A program made the translations under genes and the position numbers. The notes below the pieces were generated by a model, which had not been told where the DNA came from, ran no database searches, and worked only from the letters and a program-made list of their open reading frames with translations. This document shows, piece after piece, positions 18,948 through 28,190 of a stretch of DNA of 64,000 nucleotides. The DNA is from an uncultured Gammaproteobacteria bacterium (GTDB lineage: Bacteria; Patescibacteriota; Patescibacteriia; UBA9934; GWF2-40-263): positions 27,612 through 91,611 of the forward strand of contig CAYOCD010000002.1 in the NCBI GenBank assembly GCA_964402425.1, written 5' to 3'. The stretch's first letter is position 1, and every line of letters starts with the position of its first letter.

Positions 18948-19017
18948 TGAATTTAAACAAGGGTTTCAGTCTTGAGATCGTGTTTTATTTGGAATCGGCA
19001 TGCTACCATGGTTGCCT

Positions 19018-19482
19018 ATGAATGTAGATTCGCTTAAGGCTGTTTATTTTGTTGCGGTAAAAGTATTTCTCGAAGATGGAAATGGGAATTTTTTGATAAC
19101 CAAAGATCGATTCGGAGATTGGGATATTCCTGGCGGACGCTTAAGAGAGGGAGACTTCGAAGTTCCGCTTGAGCAGATCGCTGAAAGAAAAATGAAAGAA
19201 GAGTTGGGTGAATCTGTTCAGTACCGTCTCGAAGAACCTGTTGTTATGATGCGTCATGAGCGGGATGAGATTCTTTTGACGGGGAAGCGAGAGAAGCGAA
19301 GAATTTTCGCCGTTGGTTATTGCGCACATTATTTCGGAGGCGATATTTCCCTTGGAAAGAACCATGAAAAATTTGAATGGGTTCCGATTATCACGTTTGA
19401 ACCAGAGAAGTATTTTACGGGAGGGTGGCTAAAAGGAGTAAAAGAATACCAACAAATTCGTTTAATTGCAGGTAGTCTCTAG
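19018..19482 (+). CDS. NUDIX hydrolase
   Basis: WDIPGGRL...AERKMKEELG, a degenerate Nudix box. Confidence 0.85.
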   Translation: MNVDSLKAVYFVAVKVFLEDGNGNFLITKDRFGDWDIPGGRLREGDFEVPLEQIAERKMKEELGESVQYRLEEPVVMMRHERDEILLTGKREKRRIFAVGYCAHYFGGDISLGKNHEKFEWVPIITFEPEKYFTGGWLKGVKEYQQIRLIAGSL

Positions 19483-19580
19483 GGCTACTCGTCGAATAAA
19501 TAAACAATTTTGTCATAGCGGGGTTGTTTTCGTATCACGGTTCGTTGTGTATGATGTGTGCACTCACTCATATTTTATTT

Positions 19581-19745
19581 ATGATTTGTCCAAAATCCGG
19601 TTGTGGCTACGAAATGTCTGTTCAAAGTAGGGATGCATCTACCGATGCATATGGAGCACCAATTGAGCGTGTAGAGTATATGTGTTCGTTTGATTACACG
19701 CGTGTTGTTGTAGAAATCCCAAAAGATGCTGAGGCATCCTCATAA
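19581..19745 (+). CDS. small hypothetical protein (CPKSGC, zinc-ribbon-like)
   Basis: 54-aa ORF directly upstream of the cupin gene. Confidence 0.5.
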   Translation: MICPKSGCGYEMSVQSRDASTDAYGAPIERVEYMCSFDYTRVVVEIPKDAEASS

Positions 19746-19751
19746 TTTTTT

Positions 19752-20021
19752 ATGACAGAAAATGAATGGATTGAGCATCTCCTTGCGGAGGGGTATGCAA
19801 ATTTAGTGTTTTTGGATGCGATGCCGCATGACCATGATGAAGAACATGCGCATGATCGAGATCATAAAATGATTATTTTTTCGGGAGATATAGAAATTAC
19901 GATTGGTTATGAGACGGTGCACCTTGGAGCACATGACTATTTTGAAATTCCTCGTGGAACTAATCATGTTGCACGTGTTGGAGCAGAGGGGTGTCGGTAT
20001 TTGATTGCAGAACGTTTATAA
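19752..20021 (+). CDS. cupin domain protein
   Basis: EHAHDRDH, GDIEITIG, IPRGTNH. Confidence 0.85.
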   Translation: MTENEWIEHLLAEGYANLVFLDAMPHDHDEEHAHDRDHKMIIFSGDIEITIGYETVHLGAHDYFEIPRGTNHVARVGAEGCRYLIAERL

Positions 20022-20041
20022 AAAAAACGCCATTTTGGCGT

Positions 20042-20677
20042 TTAGATGAGTGTCCGAAGTTCAAGAAGTGAATCGATGCGCATATGTACATGCGTAAGGT
20101 CATGTGTGCTTGGGTGCTCCATGTCCGGTTCCGGGAACCAGACTGTAGTCCACCCGAGTTTGTGAGGTGTGCGAAGATTGGTGTGCCAGTCTTCGATCAT
20201 GATAGGTTTCTCACAGGTAACAGGAATTCGGCGATAGCTTTCAGGATCTGGTTTTGCCACGCGACAATCATCCCGAATCGCATAAACTCCATCAAATACA
20301 TGTTCCAAGTCTAATTTGCGCAATATGGCATGAGCAAAGGATTCGGGGGAATTTGTGAGCAACCATTTCTTGCCAGGGAGTGTCCTTATGACTTCAATGC
20401 CTGGCCGTGCCTCGATCGAAAGTTCATGCAAGATAGGCAAGTGGGTTGCGTTTACAATCTCATCAAAATCGAGCTGAAATTCATGAAGATAGGCGATGAT
20501 GGTTTGTTTCGTGTGCCATTTCACCCTGAGTCGTTCTTGTTCGTCAATTTCCCAAGTTACGGGCAGACGCAGTGTTTGAATGAAATAGATCTTAAGCTCT
20601 TCTACGAGCCTATTCCATAATGCTCCAATGGGTGTATAGAGCGTACCATCCAAATCAAAAATCCAATCTTGGTGCAC
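20042..20677 (-). CDS. HAD-family hydrolase (pyrimidine 5'-nucleotidase-like)
   Basis: IFDLDGTLY, LTNS, KPDP, MIED..NL; AAGGAGG SD before GTG 20677. Confidence 0.85.
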   Translation of the reverse strand: MHQDWIFDLDGTLYTPIGALWNRLVEELKIYFIQTLRLPVTWEIDEQERLRVKWHTKQTIIAYLHEFQLDFDEIVNATHLPILHELSIEARPGIEVIRTLPGKKWLLTNSPESFAHAILRKLDLEHVFDGVYAIRDDCRVAKPDPESYRRIPVTCEKPIMIEDWHTNLRTPHKLGWTTVWFPEPDMEHPSTHDLTHVHMRIDSLLELRTLI

Positions 20678-20889
20678 GGAGACCTCCTTTTTTGAAAAGA
20701 ACAAGAATTGAAACTAGCACAGATCTGAAAAGTTGTCCACTTGCAGCCCTGATTGTTTTTGCTTATGATAGCGACGTTTTAATGAGTGCTATGGAGGTGA
20801 TAAAGGCAATAAATGTTATAAAGGCCGAAGGGTCTTCGTGATGTTAAAAAGCCTTTCAAGCCTTTATTGCTTTTATAGTCTTTTCCCTT

Positions 20890-22962
20890 ATGCAAACCTG
20901 GAAAACGAAACGGAAGTCTCAAAATACGCAAAAAACCCATAAACCATGGAAGGCGCGTGCGGCAACAATTGTGTTATTGCTCACGACCGTCATTGTTGGA
21001 TTTTATGATTTTCCACTTGCGTGGAATAAAACAGCTGGGTTCATAAAAGAAACCATCAATGTTTCATTGCCAACACGCAACGAACAAGCGTATCGTCTTG
21101 GTCTTGATTTGCAAGGTGGAACACACCTTGTGTATGAAGCGGACATGAAAGATATTTCGGAAAAGGAACGTGAAAACGCACTCGCAGGTGTACGTGATGT
21201 TATTGAACGTCGTGTTAATGCTTTTGGTGTTTCCGAGCCGCTTGTACAAACAACATCCACAGGAGGGGTCTATCGCGTTATTGTAGAGCTTGCGGGTGTT
21301 TTGGATGTGTCTGATGCCATTAATCAAATCGGAGAAACACCTGTTCTTGAATTTAAGGAACAGGGTGCAGAGCTTGATGTTAAACCAACTCCTGAAGATG
21401 AAAAGAAACTTCAAGAGTTGTTAAAAGCGGATCGTGCGGCCGCACAAGCTGTTCTTGCTCGTGCGCAAAAAGGAGAAAATTTTGAAAAACTTGTAGAAGA
21501 AGTCAGTGGAGATCCAACAAAAGCACAATCAAAAGGAATTATTGAAAAGCTCACAGCAGAATCTGTTCAGTATCCACAAATAGCAAAGGCGATTTCACAA
21601 AATCGACCTAGGGTTGGATCTGTATTTTGGAAAACGGTAGAAGAAGAAAATTCCATTGAAATTGTTAAGATATTAGAGAATACAAAAGTAAATAACATGC
21701 GCCTTTCGCACATTCTTATTTGTTTTGAAGGAAAACAAGGGTGTACAAGCAATACTTCCGCTTTAGATGCTAACATTCAAATTTCAAATTTGAAAAAAGA
21801 AGCAACAGCGGCAAATTTTGCAGAGCTCGCAAAAAAGAATTCAACTGATCCTAGTGCTGCATCAAATGGCGGAGATCTTGGATTTGCTACTTCAGAAACA
21901 TACGTTCCATCATTTGCGGCTGCAGCAGAGGCATTGGCCGTTGGTCAAATTTCAGATGTTGTCGAAACAGATTTTGGATATCACTTGATTTACAAGCAAG
22001 AACAAAAAGTATTGCCGGCGTATAAGGTGCAACACATCAGTATGAAGCGCTCGAGCATGTTGGACATCTTGCCACCTGCCTCTCCTTGGAAAAACACACA
22101 ACTTTCCGGAAAACAACTCGAAAATGCCGTTGTTGAATTCGATCCAAACAGTGGAACTCCAAATGTTGGAATTACATTTGATAAAGAAGGGGGAGACTTG
22201 TTTGGAACGTTAACAGCAGCAAACATTGGAAAACCAATTGCTATTTTTCTTGATGGAGAACCTATTTCGACACCAGTTGTTCAAGCGGCTATCTATGGCG
22301 GTCGAGCTGTGATTACAGGAGACTTCACATTAGATGAAGCAAAAATTTTGGCGCAACGATTAAACGCCGGTGCCCTTCCTGTTCCAGTTACTTTGCTTTC
22401 GCAACAAACGGTGGGTCCTACACTTGGAGCCTCCTCGCTTCAAATGAGTATTACAGCCGCTCTCATCGGATTTGCTCTTGTTGCAGGTTATATGATTGCG
22501 TATTACAGACTTGCAGGGTTGTTTTCTGTGATCGCCTTGATTCTGTATGCTTTTTTGAACCTTTCAATTTATCGCATCTTTGATGTCACTATCACCCTTT
22601 CTGGAATTGCAGGATTTATTCTGTCTCTTGGAATGGCTGTGGATGCAAACGTGCTCATTATTGAACGCATGAAAGAAGAAATCTCTGGCGGACGAGATCT
22701 CGCATCTGCCATTCAAGAAGGGTTTGCGCGTGCATGGCCAGCCATCAGAGATGGAAACGTCTCTACACTCGTTGTTGCGCTTGTGCTTTACATCTTCAGT
22801 GAAAGTTTCATTCGTGGATTTGCGCTCATGCTTGGAATCGGTGTTGTTGTGAGTTTGTTTACAGCCATTACAGCAACACGTGTTTACATGACAACCATTT
22901 TCCCAAAACGAGCAGTACTTATGGCTTGGCTTTCCGGTCTCTCTAAACCAAAAAACGTATGA
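20890..22962 (+). CDS. secD: protein translocase subunit SecD with inserted parvulin/rotamase domains
   Basis: LGLDLQGG, IERRVNAFGVSEP, LNAGALPVP, GMAVDANV; internal SHILI...GGDLGF...TDFGYHLI. Confidence 0.93.
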   Translation: MQTWKTKRKSQNTQKTHKPWKARAATIVLLLTTVIVGFYDFPLAWNKTAGFIKETINVSLPTRNEQAYRLGLDLQGGTHLVYEADMKDISEKERENALAGVRDVIERRVNAFGVSEPLVQTTSTGGVYRVIVELAGVLDVSDAINQIGETPVLEFKEQGAELDVKPTPEDEKKLQELLKADRAAAQAVLARAQKGENFEKLVEEVSGDPTKAQSKGIIEKLTAESVQYPQIAKAISQNRPRVGSVFWKTVEEENSIEIVKILENTKVNNMRLSHILICFEGKQGCTSNTSALDANIQISNLKKEATAANFAELAKKNSTDPSAASNGGDLGFATSETYVPSFAAAAEALAVGQISDVVETDFGYHLIYKQEQKVLPAYKVQHISMKRSSMLDILPPASPWKNTQLSGKQLENAVVEFDPNSGTPNVGITFDKEGGDLFGTLTAANIGKPIAIFLDGEPISTPVVQAAIYGGRAVITGDFTLDEAKILAQRLNAGALPVPVTLLSQQTVGPTLGASSLQMSITAALIGFALVAGYMIAYYRLAGLFSVIALILYAFLNLSIYRIFDVTITLSGIAGFILSLGMAVDANVLIIERMKEEISGGRDLASAIQEGFARAWPAIRDGNVSTLVVALVLYIFSESFIRGFALMLGIGVVVSLFTAITATRVYMTTIFPKRAVLMAWLSGLSKPKNV

Positions 22963-23852
22963 AATTAAACATTGTTAAACATCGTAACGTTTGGTACTCC
23001 GTTTCAGCGTTTCTGATCCTTGTGAGTGTTATTGTTCTTTTTGCCTGGAAACTTCAGCCAGGAATTGATTTTACAGGCGGTTCATTACTTGAAGTCTCTA
23101 TTGCTTCACATCCAACACATACTGAAGTGCAAGATGTTGTCGTGAAAGCAGGCTACGCAGAAGCGATCGTTCAAATTTCTGATAAGAATGTTCTTGTTCG
23201 CACACAACCATTGAGTGAGGAACAACATCAGTCTGTACTTGCAGCGCTTAAAACGGCTTTTGGAGATACAACCGAGATGAGATTTGATTCAATTGGTCCT
23301 GTGATTGGAAATGAATTGCGCCGTACTGCTTTGTTTGGAATCGGAGCGAGTTTGATTCTCATTGGTTTTTACATTTCATGGGCTTTTCGCGGGGCTGGAG
23401 ATTTTATTTCCTCAAAAAAGATTGCTCTTCTTACAGTTGTTAAAACATTTCATGATGTGTTGATTTCTATCGGATTCTTTGCAATCCTCGCACATTTTTA
23501 TGGATATGAAATGGACACGGCGTTTGTGGCAGCTGCTCTTACTATTTTGGGATATTCCATTAACGATGGTGTTGTTGTGCTCGATCGTACTCGTGAGAAC
23601 TTGAAAAACAAAATCTCTACACATTTGAGTGTGGTTGTTGATAAGGCGATTGAACAAACGCTCGCAAGATCCATTAATACATCAGTGACTGTGTTTCTTG
23701 CATTGCTTTCTGTTTATCTTTTTGGAGGAGATACTACGCGCCCTTTCGCTCTTTTGCTTCTTATTGGTGTTGCGGTTGGTACGTATTCTTCCGTATTCAT
23801 TGCATCTCCAGCGCTTGTAACGTTGGAGAATTGGGGAAAAGGAAAAAAGTAA
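22959..23852 (+). CDS. secF: protein translocase subunit SecF
   Basis: GIDFTGG, GYSINDGVVVLDRTRE, GTYSSVFIA; ATGA overlap with secD. Confidence 0.95.
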   Translation: MKLNIVKHRNVWYSVSAFLILVSVIVLFAWKLQPGIDFTGGSLLEVSIASHPTHTEVQDVVVKAGYAEAIVQISDKNVLVRTQPLSEEQHQSVLAALKTAFGDTTEMRFDSIGPVIGNELRRTALFGIGASLILIGFYISWAFRGAGDFISSKKIALLTVVKTFHDVLISIGFFAILAHFYGYEMDTAFVAAALTILGYSINDGVVVLDRTRENLKNKISTHLSVVVDKAIEQTLARSINTSVTVFLALLSVYLFGGDTTRPFALLLLIGVAVGTYSSVFIASPALVTLENWGKGKK

Positions 23853-23886
23853 GTCGCGATAAAATTTTATTAAGGCCACAAAGAAT

Positions 23887-23923
23887 AAAATCCCGAGTTT
23901 CAAACAAGAAACTCGGGATTTTT
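23887..23923. terminator. intrinsic terminator after secF
   Basis: AAAATCCCGAGTTTC-aaacaa-GAAACTCGGGATTTT. Confidence 0.85.
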
Positions 23924-24020
23924 TCTTTTGTGTTTTTTTGTTATACTGTTTGTGATTCCTTTTCGTTCAATTCCTCTTCTGTTTGTTTCAGAAGAGGTGA
24001 TCCTTCTTGATTTTTCGTCT

Positions 24021-25658
24021 ATGCTTCCCATGCTTGCGATTCAGATCATTGATCAATCCGCGCAATCTTCTCTTCCGTTGATTTCATCGTCTTTTTTTAA
24101 TCAACCGATTGACGTCATTTTTTTTAATCTACTGCTTTGGTTTGGGTGGATTCCAATCTTTTTTACGTTACTTTGGGGATTTTCAGAGTTGTGGCTTGCG
24201 GAGCGTCAAGCAGTTTTTGCGGCAAAACAAAAATACATTTTTCTTGCTGTTGATGTTCCTTCCATGACAGAGCAAACACCAAAAGCTTTGGAAAATTTGT
24301 TTTCTGTTTTATATACAGCAAAATCAAATCCAACGTTTAAGGAAAAATGGTTTGATGGAAAATTCATGCCAACGTTCTCTTTTGAAATTGTTTCAGAAGA
24401 AGGATACATGCAATTTATTATTCGGACACAAGAAAAATTTAGAGATGTGCTTGAGGCGGGTATTTATGCACAATATCCTGATGCAGAAATGAATGAGGTG
24501 CAAGATTATGCATCAAAAGTTCCTGCGCTTTACCCAAATGAAACATATGACATGTGGGGCGGTGAGTTTACGTTTGATAAAGAATCTTTTTTCCCCATTC
24601 GTACATACGTAGATTTTGAAGATCAAATGACTGGAGAAATTAAAGACCCGCTCGGATATACATTGGAACAAATGTCTAAAATGAGACCTGGAGAACATTT
24701 TTGGTTTCAGATGATTTTACAGCCATCAAACAATGATTGGAAAAAGGCTGGAGTTGCATACGTAAATAAAACATTTGGTGTTGAAGAGAAAGCGGCAAAA
24801 AAAGGAGAATTTTCTGCTGCGGCAACAACCGTATTTAAACTTCCATTTGAGCTCATAGAACATGCAACAGCTATTGATCTTGCGCCTATTTTTGGGATGG
24901 GCCCAGCAGAAAAAAAAGCGGAAGATCCATGGAAAGCGTTTAAGCTTGGTCCCGCACAACAAGATGAAGCAAAAGCGATCATGCGTAAAACAATCAAGGT
25001 TGGACACGGAGTAAAAATTCGCATTGTCTATTGTGCAAAAAAAGCTGCATACAAAAAGGGGGACCGTGTCACCATGATCAAAGGAATTCTGAATCAATAT
25101 TCACACCTGAATTTGAATTCCTTTAAGATGAACGCACCGTCCGTTCCAAAGGATGATTACTTCTGGCAAAAATGGGATTATGAAAAAAAACAAACTGTTC
25201 TCATGAAAGCTTATCAGGCCAGAAGTTGGTCTGTTGGAGCAAACCCAATTTTCTTGAATGCAGAAGAACTCGCAACGCTTTGGCACTTTCCAACCATTAG
25301 CACAAAGGCTCCGCTTATTAAAAAAGCAGAAGCGCGCCGCGCGGAACCTCCTGTTGGACTTCCTACAACATTTTTGGAAAATACGTTACCAGGCGTGGGG
25401 GACAACGAATTTCCTTCCACACTTCCTGGTTCCGTACCAATGGAACATCATGAATCTGCGGAGTCTCGTGGAGCGGGTACGTATGTTTCCGCAAAAGAAC
25501 CACTTCCAGAATCATTGCCACACGTGAAAGCCCCAACAGAAAGAGGCCGTGAAGAAACAGGGGATGTTCTCCTGTCAAAAAACCGTTTCATGCAAGACAC
25601 ATCTCCTGCAGATGCCTCTGATGAAGATTTATTTACCCCACCTGACTTGCCAGTTTAA
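24021..25658 (+). CDS. membrane-anchored hypothetical protein, partner of the VirD4-like ATPase (start uncertain)
   Basis: One N-terminal TM, FSFEI, IYAQYPDAE, LNAEELATLWHFP, EPPVGLP motifs; 18 bp upstream of the ATPase. Confidence 0.75.
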   Translation: MLPMLAIQIIDQSAQSSLPLISSSFFNQPIDVIFFNLLLWFGWIPIFFTLLWGFSELWLAERQAVFAAKQKYIFLAVDVPSMTEQTPKALENLFSVLYTAKSNPTFKEKWFDGKFMPTFSFEIVSEEGYMQFIIRTQEKFRDVLEAGIYAQYPDAEMNEVQDYASKVPALYPNETYDMWGGEFTFDKESFFPIRTYVDFEDQMTGEIKDPLGYTLEQMSKMRPGEHFWFQMILQPSNNDWKKAGVAYVNKTFGVEEKAAKKGEFSAAATTVFKLPFELIEHATAIDLAPIFGMGPAEKKAEDPWKAFKLGPAQQDEAKAIMRKTIKVGHGVKIRIVYCAKKAAYKKGDRVTMIKGILNQYSHLNLNSFKMNAPSVPKDDYFWQKWDYEKKQTVLMKAYQARSWSVGANPIFLNAEELATLWHFPTISTKAPLIKKAEARRAEPPVGLPTTFLENTLPGVGDNEFPSTLPGSVPMEHHESAESRGAGTYVSAKEPLPESLPHVKAPTERGREETGDVLLSKNRFMQDTSPADASDEDLFTPPDLPV

Positions 25659-25676
25659 CCAAGGATTTTTTGCCCT

Positions 25677-28178
25677 ATGGGTTACAATCACGATCACGAA
25701 AACGAGGTCAACTATTTTGCGAAGACAAACTTCCGAAATCAAATGACAAAATTTGGTATCAAAACCGACGATCGCCGTCGACACGTCTATGTGATTGGAA
25801 AAACAGGTATGGGTAAAACTGTGCTTCTTGAGAATTTTACCCTTTCTGATATTTACGCGGGGCACGGTTGCTGTTATGTAGACCCCCACGGAGATACGGC
25901 AGAAAAATTGATTAACTACATTCCAAGTTGGCGTATTAATGATGTTGTTTATTTCAATCCGTCTGATGCGGAATACCCAGTCGGGTTTAATATTCTTGAG
26001 GCGGTTTCAGAAAGACACAAACACCTTGTTGCAAGTGGAATGATGGGTGTGTTTAAAAAGATCTGGGAAGACCAATGGTCATCCCGTATGGAATACATTT
26101 TGAACAATACTATTCTTGCCTTGCTTGATAACCAAGGGTCAACACTTCTTGGAATTAACCGAATGTTATCAGACGCGGACTATCGCAAGCGGATTGTTTC
26201 AAATGTGACAGATCCTGTGGTGAAGCAATTCTGGTTGAGAGAGTTTGCTTCATATAATGAAAAGTATGCTCAGGAAGCCGTTGCTCCAATTCAAAACAAA
26301 ATCGGACAGTTTTTGTCTGCGTCTGTTATCAGAAACATTGTTGCGCAGGTGAAATCTAGTATCAACATTCGTGAAATCATGGATTCCGGAAAGATTTTTA
26401 TTGTGAACTTGTCAAAGGGGCGTATCGGAGAAGACAGTTCTCGATTGCTTGGAGGATTGTTGATCACAAAATTGCAATTGTCCGCCATGGAGCGCGTAGA
26501 CATGCAAGAAAAAGATCGTTTGGACTTTTATCTCTATGTTGATGAGTTTCAAAACTTTGCCGTGGATTCTTTTGCTGGAATTTTGTCAGAGGCGCGTAAA
26601 TATCGTTTGTGTTTGACCATTGCTCACCAGTATATTGCTCAGCTCACTGATGAAGTGCGTGAGGCTGTTTTTGGAAACGTTGGAACGATTATTTCGTTTC
26701 GTGTTGGTTCTCCAGACGCAAAATACATGGAAACAGAATTTGCCCCACGTTTTTTGCCAGAGGACATTATTAATTTGCCAAAGTATAACGTGTACTTAAA
26801 GTTGCTCATTAACGGAGTTACAAGTCAGCCATTTTCCGCTATCACCCTTCCTCCTATTTCTCAAAAGACGGATTCTGAAGAGCGTGTGATTCGCGTTTCG
26901 CGTGAACGTTATGCAAAAGAACGCAGTTTTATTGAAAATCAAATTTTGACATGGAGCGGAATGGGGGATATGGATGTTGATACCATGCTGGCAGAAGCGG
27001 AAGAAAAAAAGAAATCTGACAAAGTGGCTGCAAAAGATGCAAAGAAACCAAAATTTGAGTACGACTGTTCGCGTTGTGCAAAAAAGATGGTGCTTCCCGT
27101 TGAACTTGATAGATCCCGTCCTATTTACTGTGAGGATTGTATTGAGATTGTTCGTGAAGAGAAAAATAATCGTGCTGGAAAAGGAGGGGGTAAGCCAGCG
27201 GATACACGAAATCTTCCACCAAAAGTTCTGCCAAAAGAGGCACCACCTCGCGCGATAAATGAAGGAAAAGAGATGGAGGATCGCCGCCTTCCGGATGAAC
27301 CTACTATTTCACTTTCAACATTGATGCCAAAAGGGGTAGAAGAAAAAAAGGAAGTCATAGAGCAAAAAAAGGTAGAACCAACTCCCGCACCCGCTGTTCA
27401 AAAAATAGAGCCAGTTCTTATTCCACCTGCTGGGTCCCATAGAGTATCTGTTGCCGAACCACAGAAAGCACCTGTCATTGCTCCAAAACAAGCTGTTGAA
27501 TCACCCAAAATAATGGAGTCAATTGTTCGCGTTGAACAAAAACCTATCGTGACAGAGTCTCGCATAACATTTGATCAGCCAGTAAAACACGTAGAGGTGC
27601 AACAAACAGAATCTCGTTCAGCTACCATCGAAAAAACGCCACCAACGACATCAGAACAGCCAAGAGTTGTTCCGCAACCCGTTCGTTCCATGGGAAATTT
27701 ATCTCGTACACCCGCGCAAGCTTCTAATGAATTTTCGTCGACTGGATTAATCACCCCGACAAGGGAAGGTGAAAAGCGAAAGCGAAAGCGTAAACGTAAG
27801 AAAAAAACAGGAGACAGTTCCGTAAATAGAGAATCAATCACCGTACAACTTTCCCAACCGGGACAGACGATTTCTCTTAAGAGTCTGCAAGAACAAAAAA
27901 GACCAGAGTGGACTGAACAATCAAGGAAAGAACAGACTTCTGTCGTCACAAAACTAGTTGAAAAAACAGTTGAGCAATCAATAGAACAACCTGTCGCAAA
28001 GACTGTTGAACCTATTGTAAATAAACAGACTTCTGTTGTTATAAAACAAGTTGAAAAAACAGTTGAACAACCAACGGAACAGCCCGTTGCCAAGTCTGTT
28101 GAACCTGTTGTTCAAAAACCAATTGAGCAATCTACAAGTGGTAAATTATACATTGGCCAGAGTATTAAGTTTGAATAG
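25677..28178 (+). CDS. VirD4/TraG-TraD-like coupling ATPase with CxxC-x17-CxxC domain and low-complexity tail
   Basis: Walker A GKTGMGKT, YVDPHGD, Walker B LYVDEFQNF, LSEARKY; CSRC-x17-CEDC. Confidence 0.88.
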   Translation: MGYNHDHENEVNYFAKTNFRNQMTKFGIKTDDRRRHVYVIGKTGMGKTVLLENFTLSDIYAGHGCCYVDPHGDTAEKLINYIPSWRINDVVYFNPSDAEYPVGFNILEAVSERHKHLVASGMMGVFKKIWEDQWSSRMEYILNNTILALLDNQGSTLLGINRMLSDADYRKRIVSNVTDPVVKQFWLREFASYNEKYAQEAVAPIQNKIGQFLSASVIRNIVAQVKSSINIREIMDSGKIFIVNLSKGRIGEDSSRLLGGLLITKLQLSAMERVDMQEKDRLDFYLYVDEFQNFAVDSFAGILSEARKYRLCLTIAHQYIAQLTDEVREAVFGNVGTIISFRVGSPDAKYMETEFAPRFLPEDIINLPKYNVYLKLLINGVTSQPFSAITLPPISQKTDSEERVIRVSRERYAKERSFIENQILTWSGMGDMDVDTMLAEAEEKKKSDKVAAKDAKKPKFEYDCSRCAKKMVLPVELDRSRPIYCEDCIEIVREEKNNRAGKGGGKPADTRNLPPKVLPKEAPPRAINEGKEMEDRRLPDEPTISLSTLMPKGVEEKKEVIEQKKVEPTPAPAVQKIEPVLIPPAGSHRVSVAEPQKAPVIAPKQAVESPKIMESIVRVEQKPIVTESRITFDQPVKHVEVQQTESRSATIEKTPPTTSEQPRVVPQPVRSMGNLSRTPAQASNEFSSTGLITPTREGEKRKRKRKRKKKTGDSSVNRESITVQLSQPGQTISLKSLQEQKRPEWTEQSRKEQTSVVTKLVEKTVEQSIEQPVAKTVEPIVNKQTSVVIKQVEKTVEQPTEQPVAKSVEPVVQKPIEQSTSGKLYIGQSIKFE
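27931..28116 (+). repeat. in-frame 93-bp (31-aa) tandem duplication
   Basis: Copies start at 27931 and 28024: QTSVVxKxVEKTVEQxxEQPVAKxVEP. Confidence 0.85.
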
Positions 28179-28190
28179 AACGCCTTGCCT

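Larger units (their letters stand above)
14104..18986. mobile_element. putative AT-rich genomic island at the secA 3' end (two cargo blocks, no integrase)
   Basis: Visibly lower GC than the flanks, 28-bp direct repeats, repeated terminator, accessory cargo. Confidence 0.6.

Noticed and set aside
14172-18986. Repeated hairpins as classical integron attC sites
   Set aside because: They look like U-tailed terminators, lack clear RYYYAAC/GTTRRRY ends, and there is no intI in the window.
27931-28116. 93-bp duplication as a DGR template/variable repeat pair
   Set aside because: Both copies are adjacent and in frame, the differences are not adenine-specific, and there is no reverse transcriptase.
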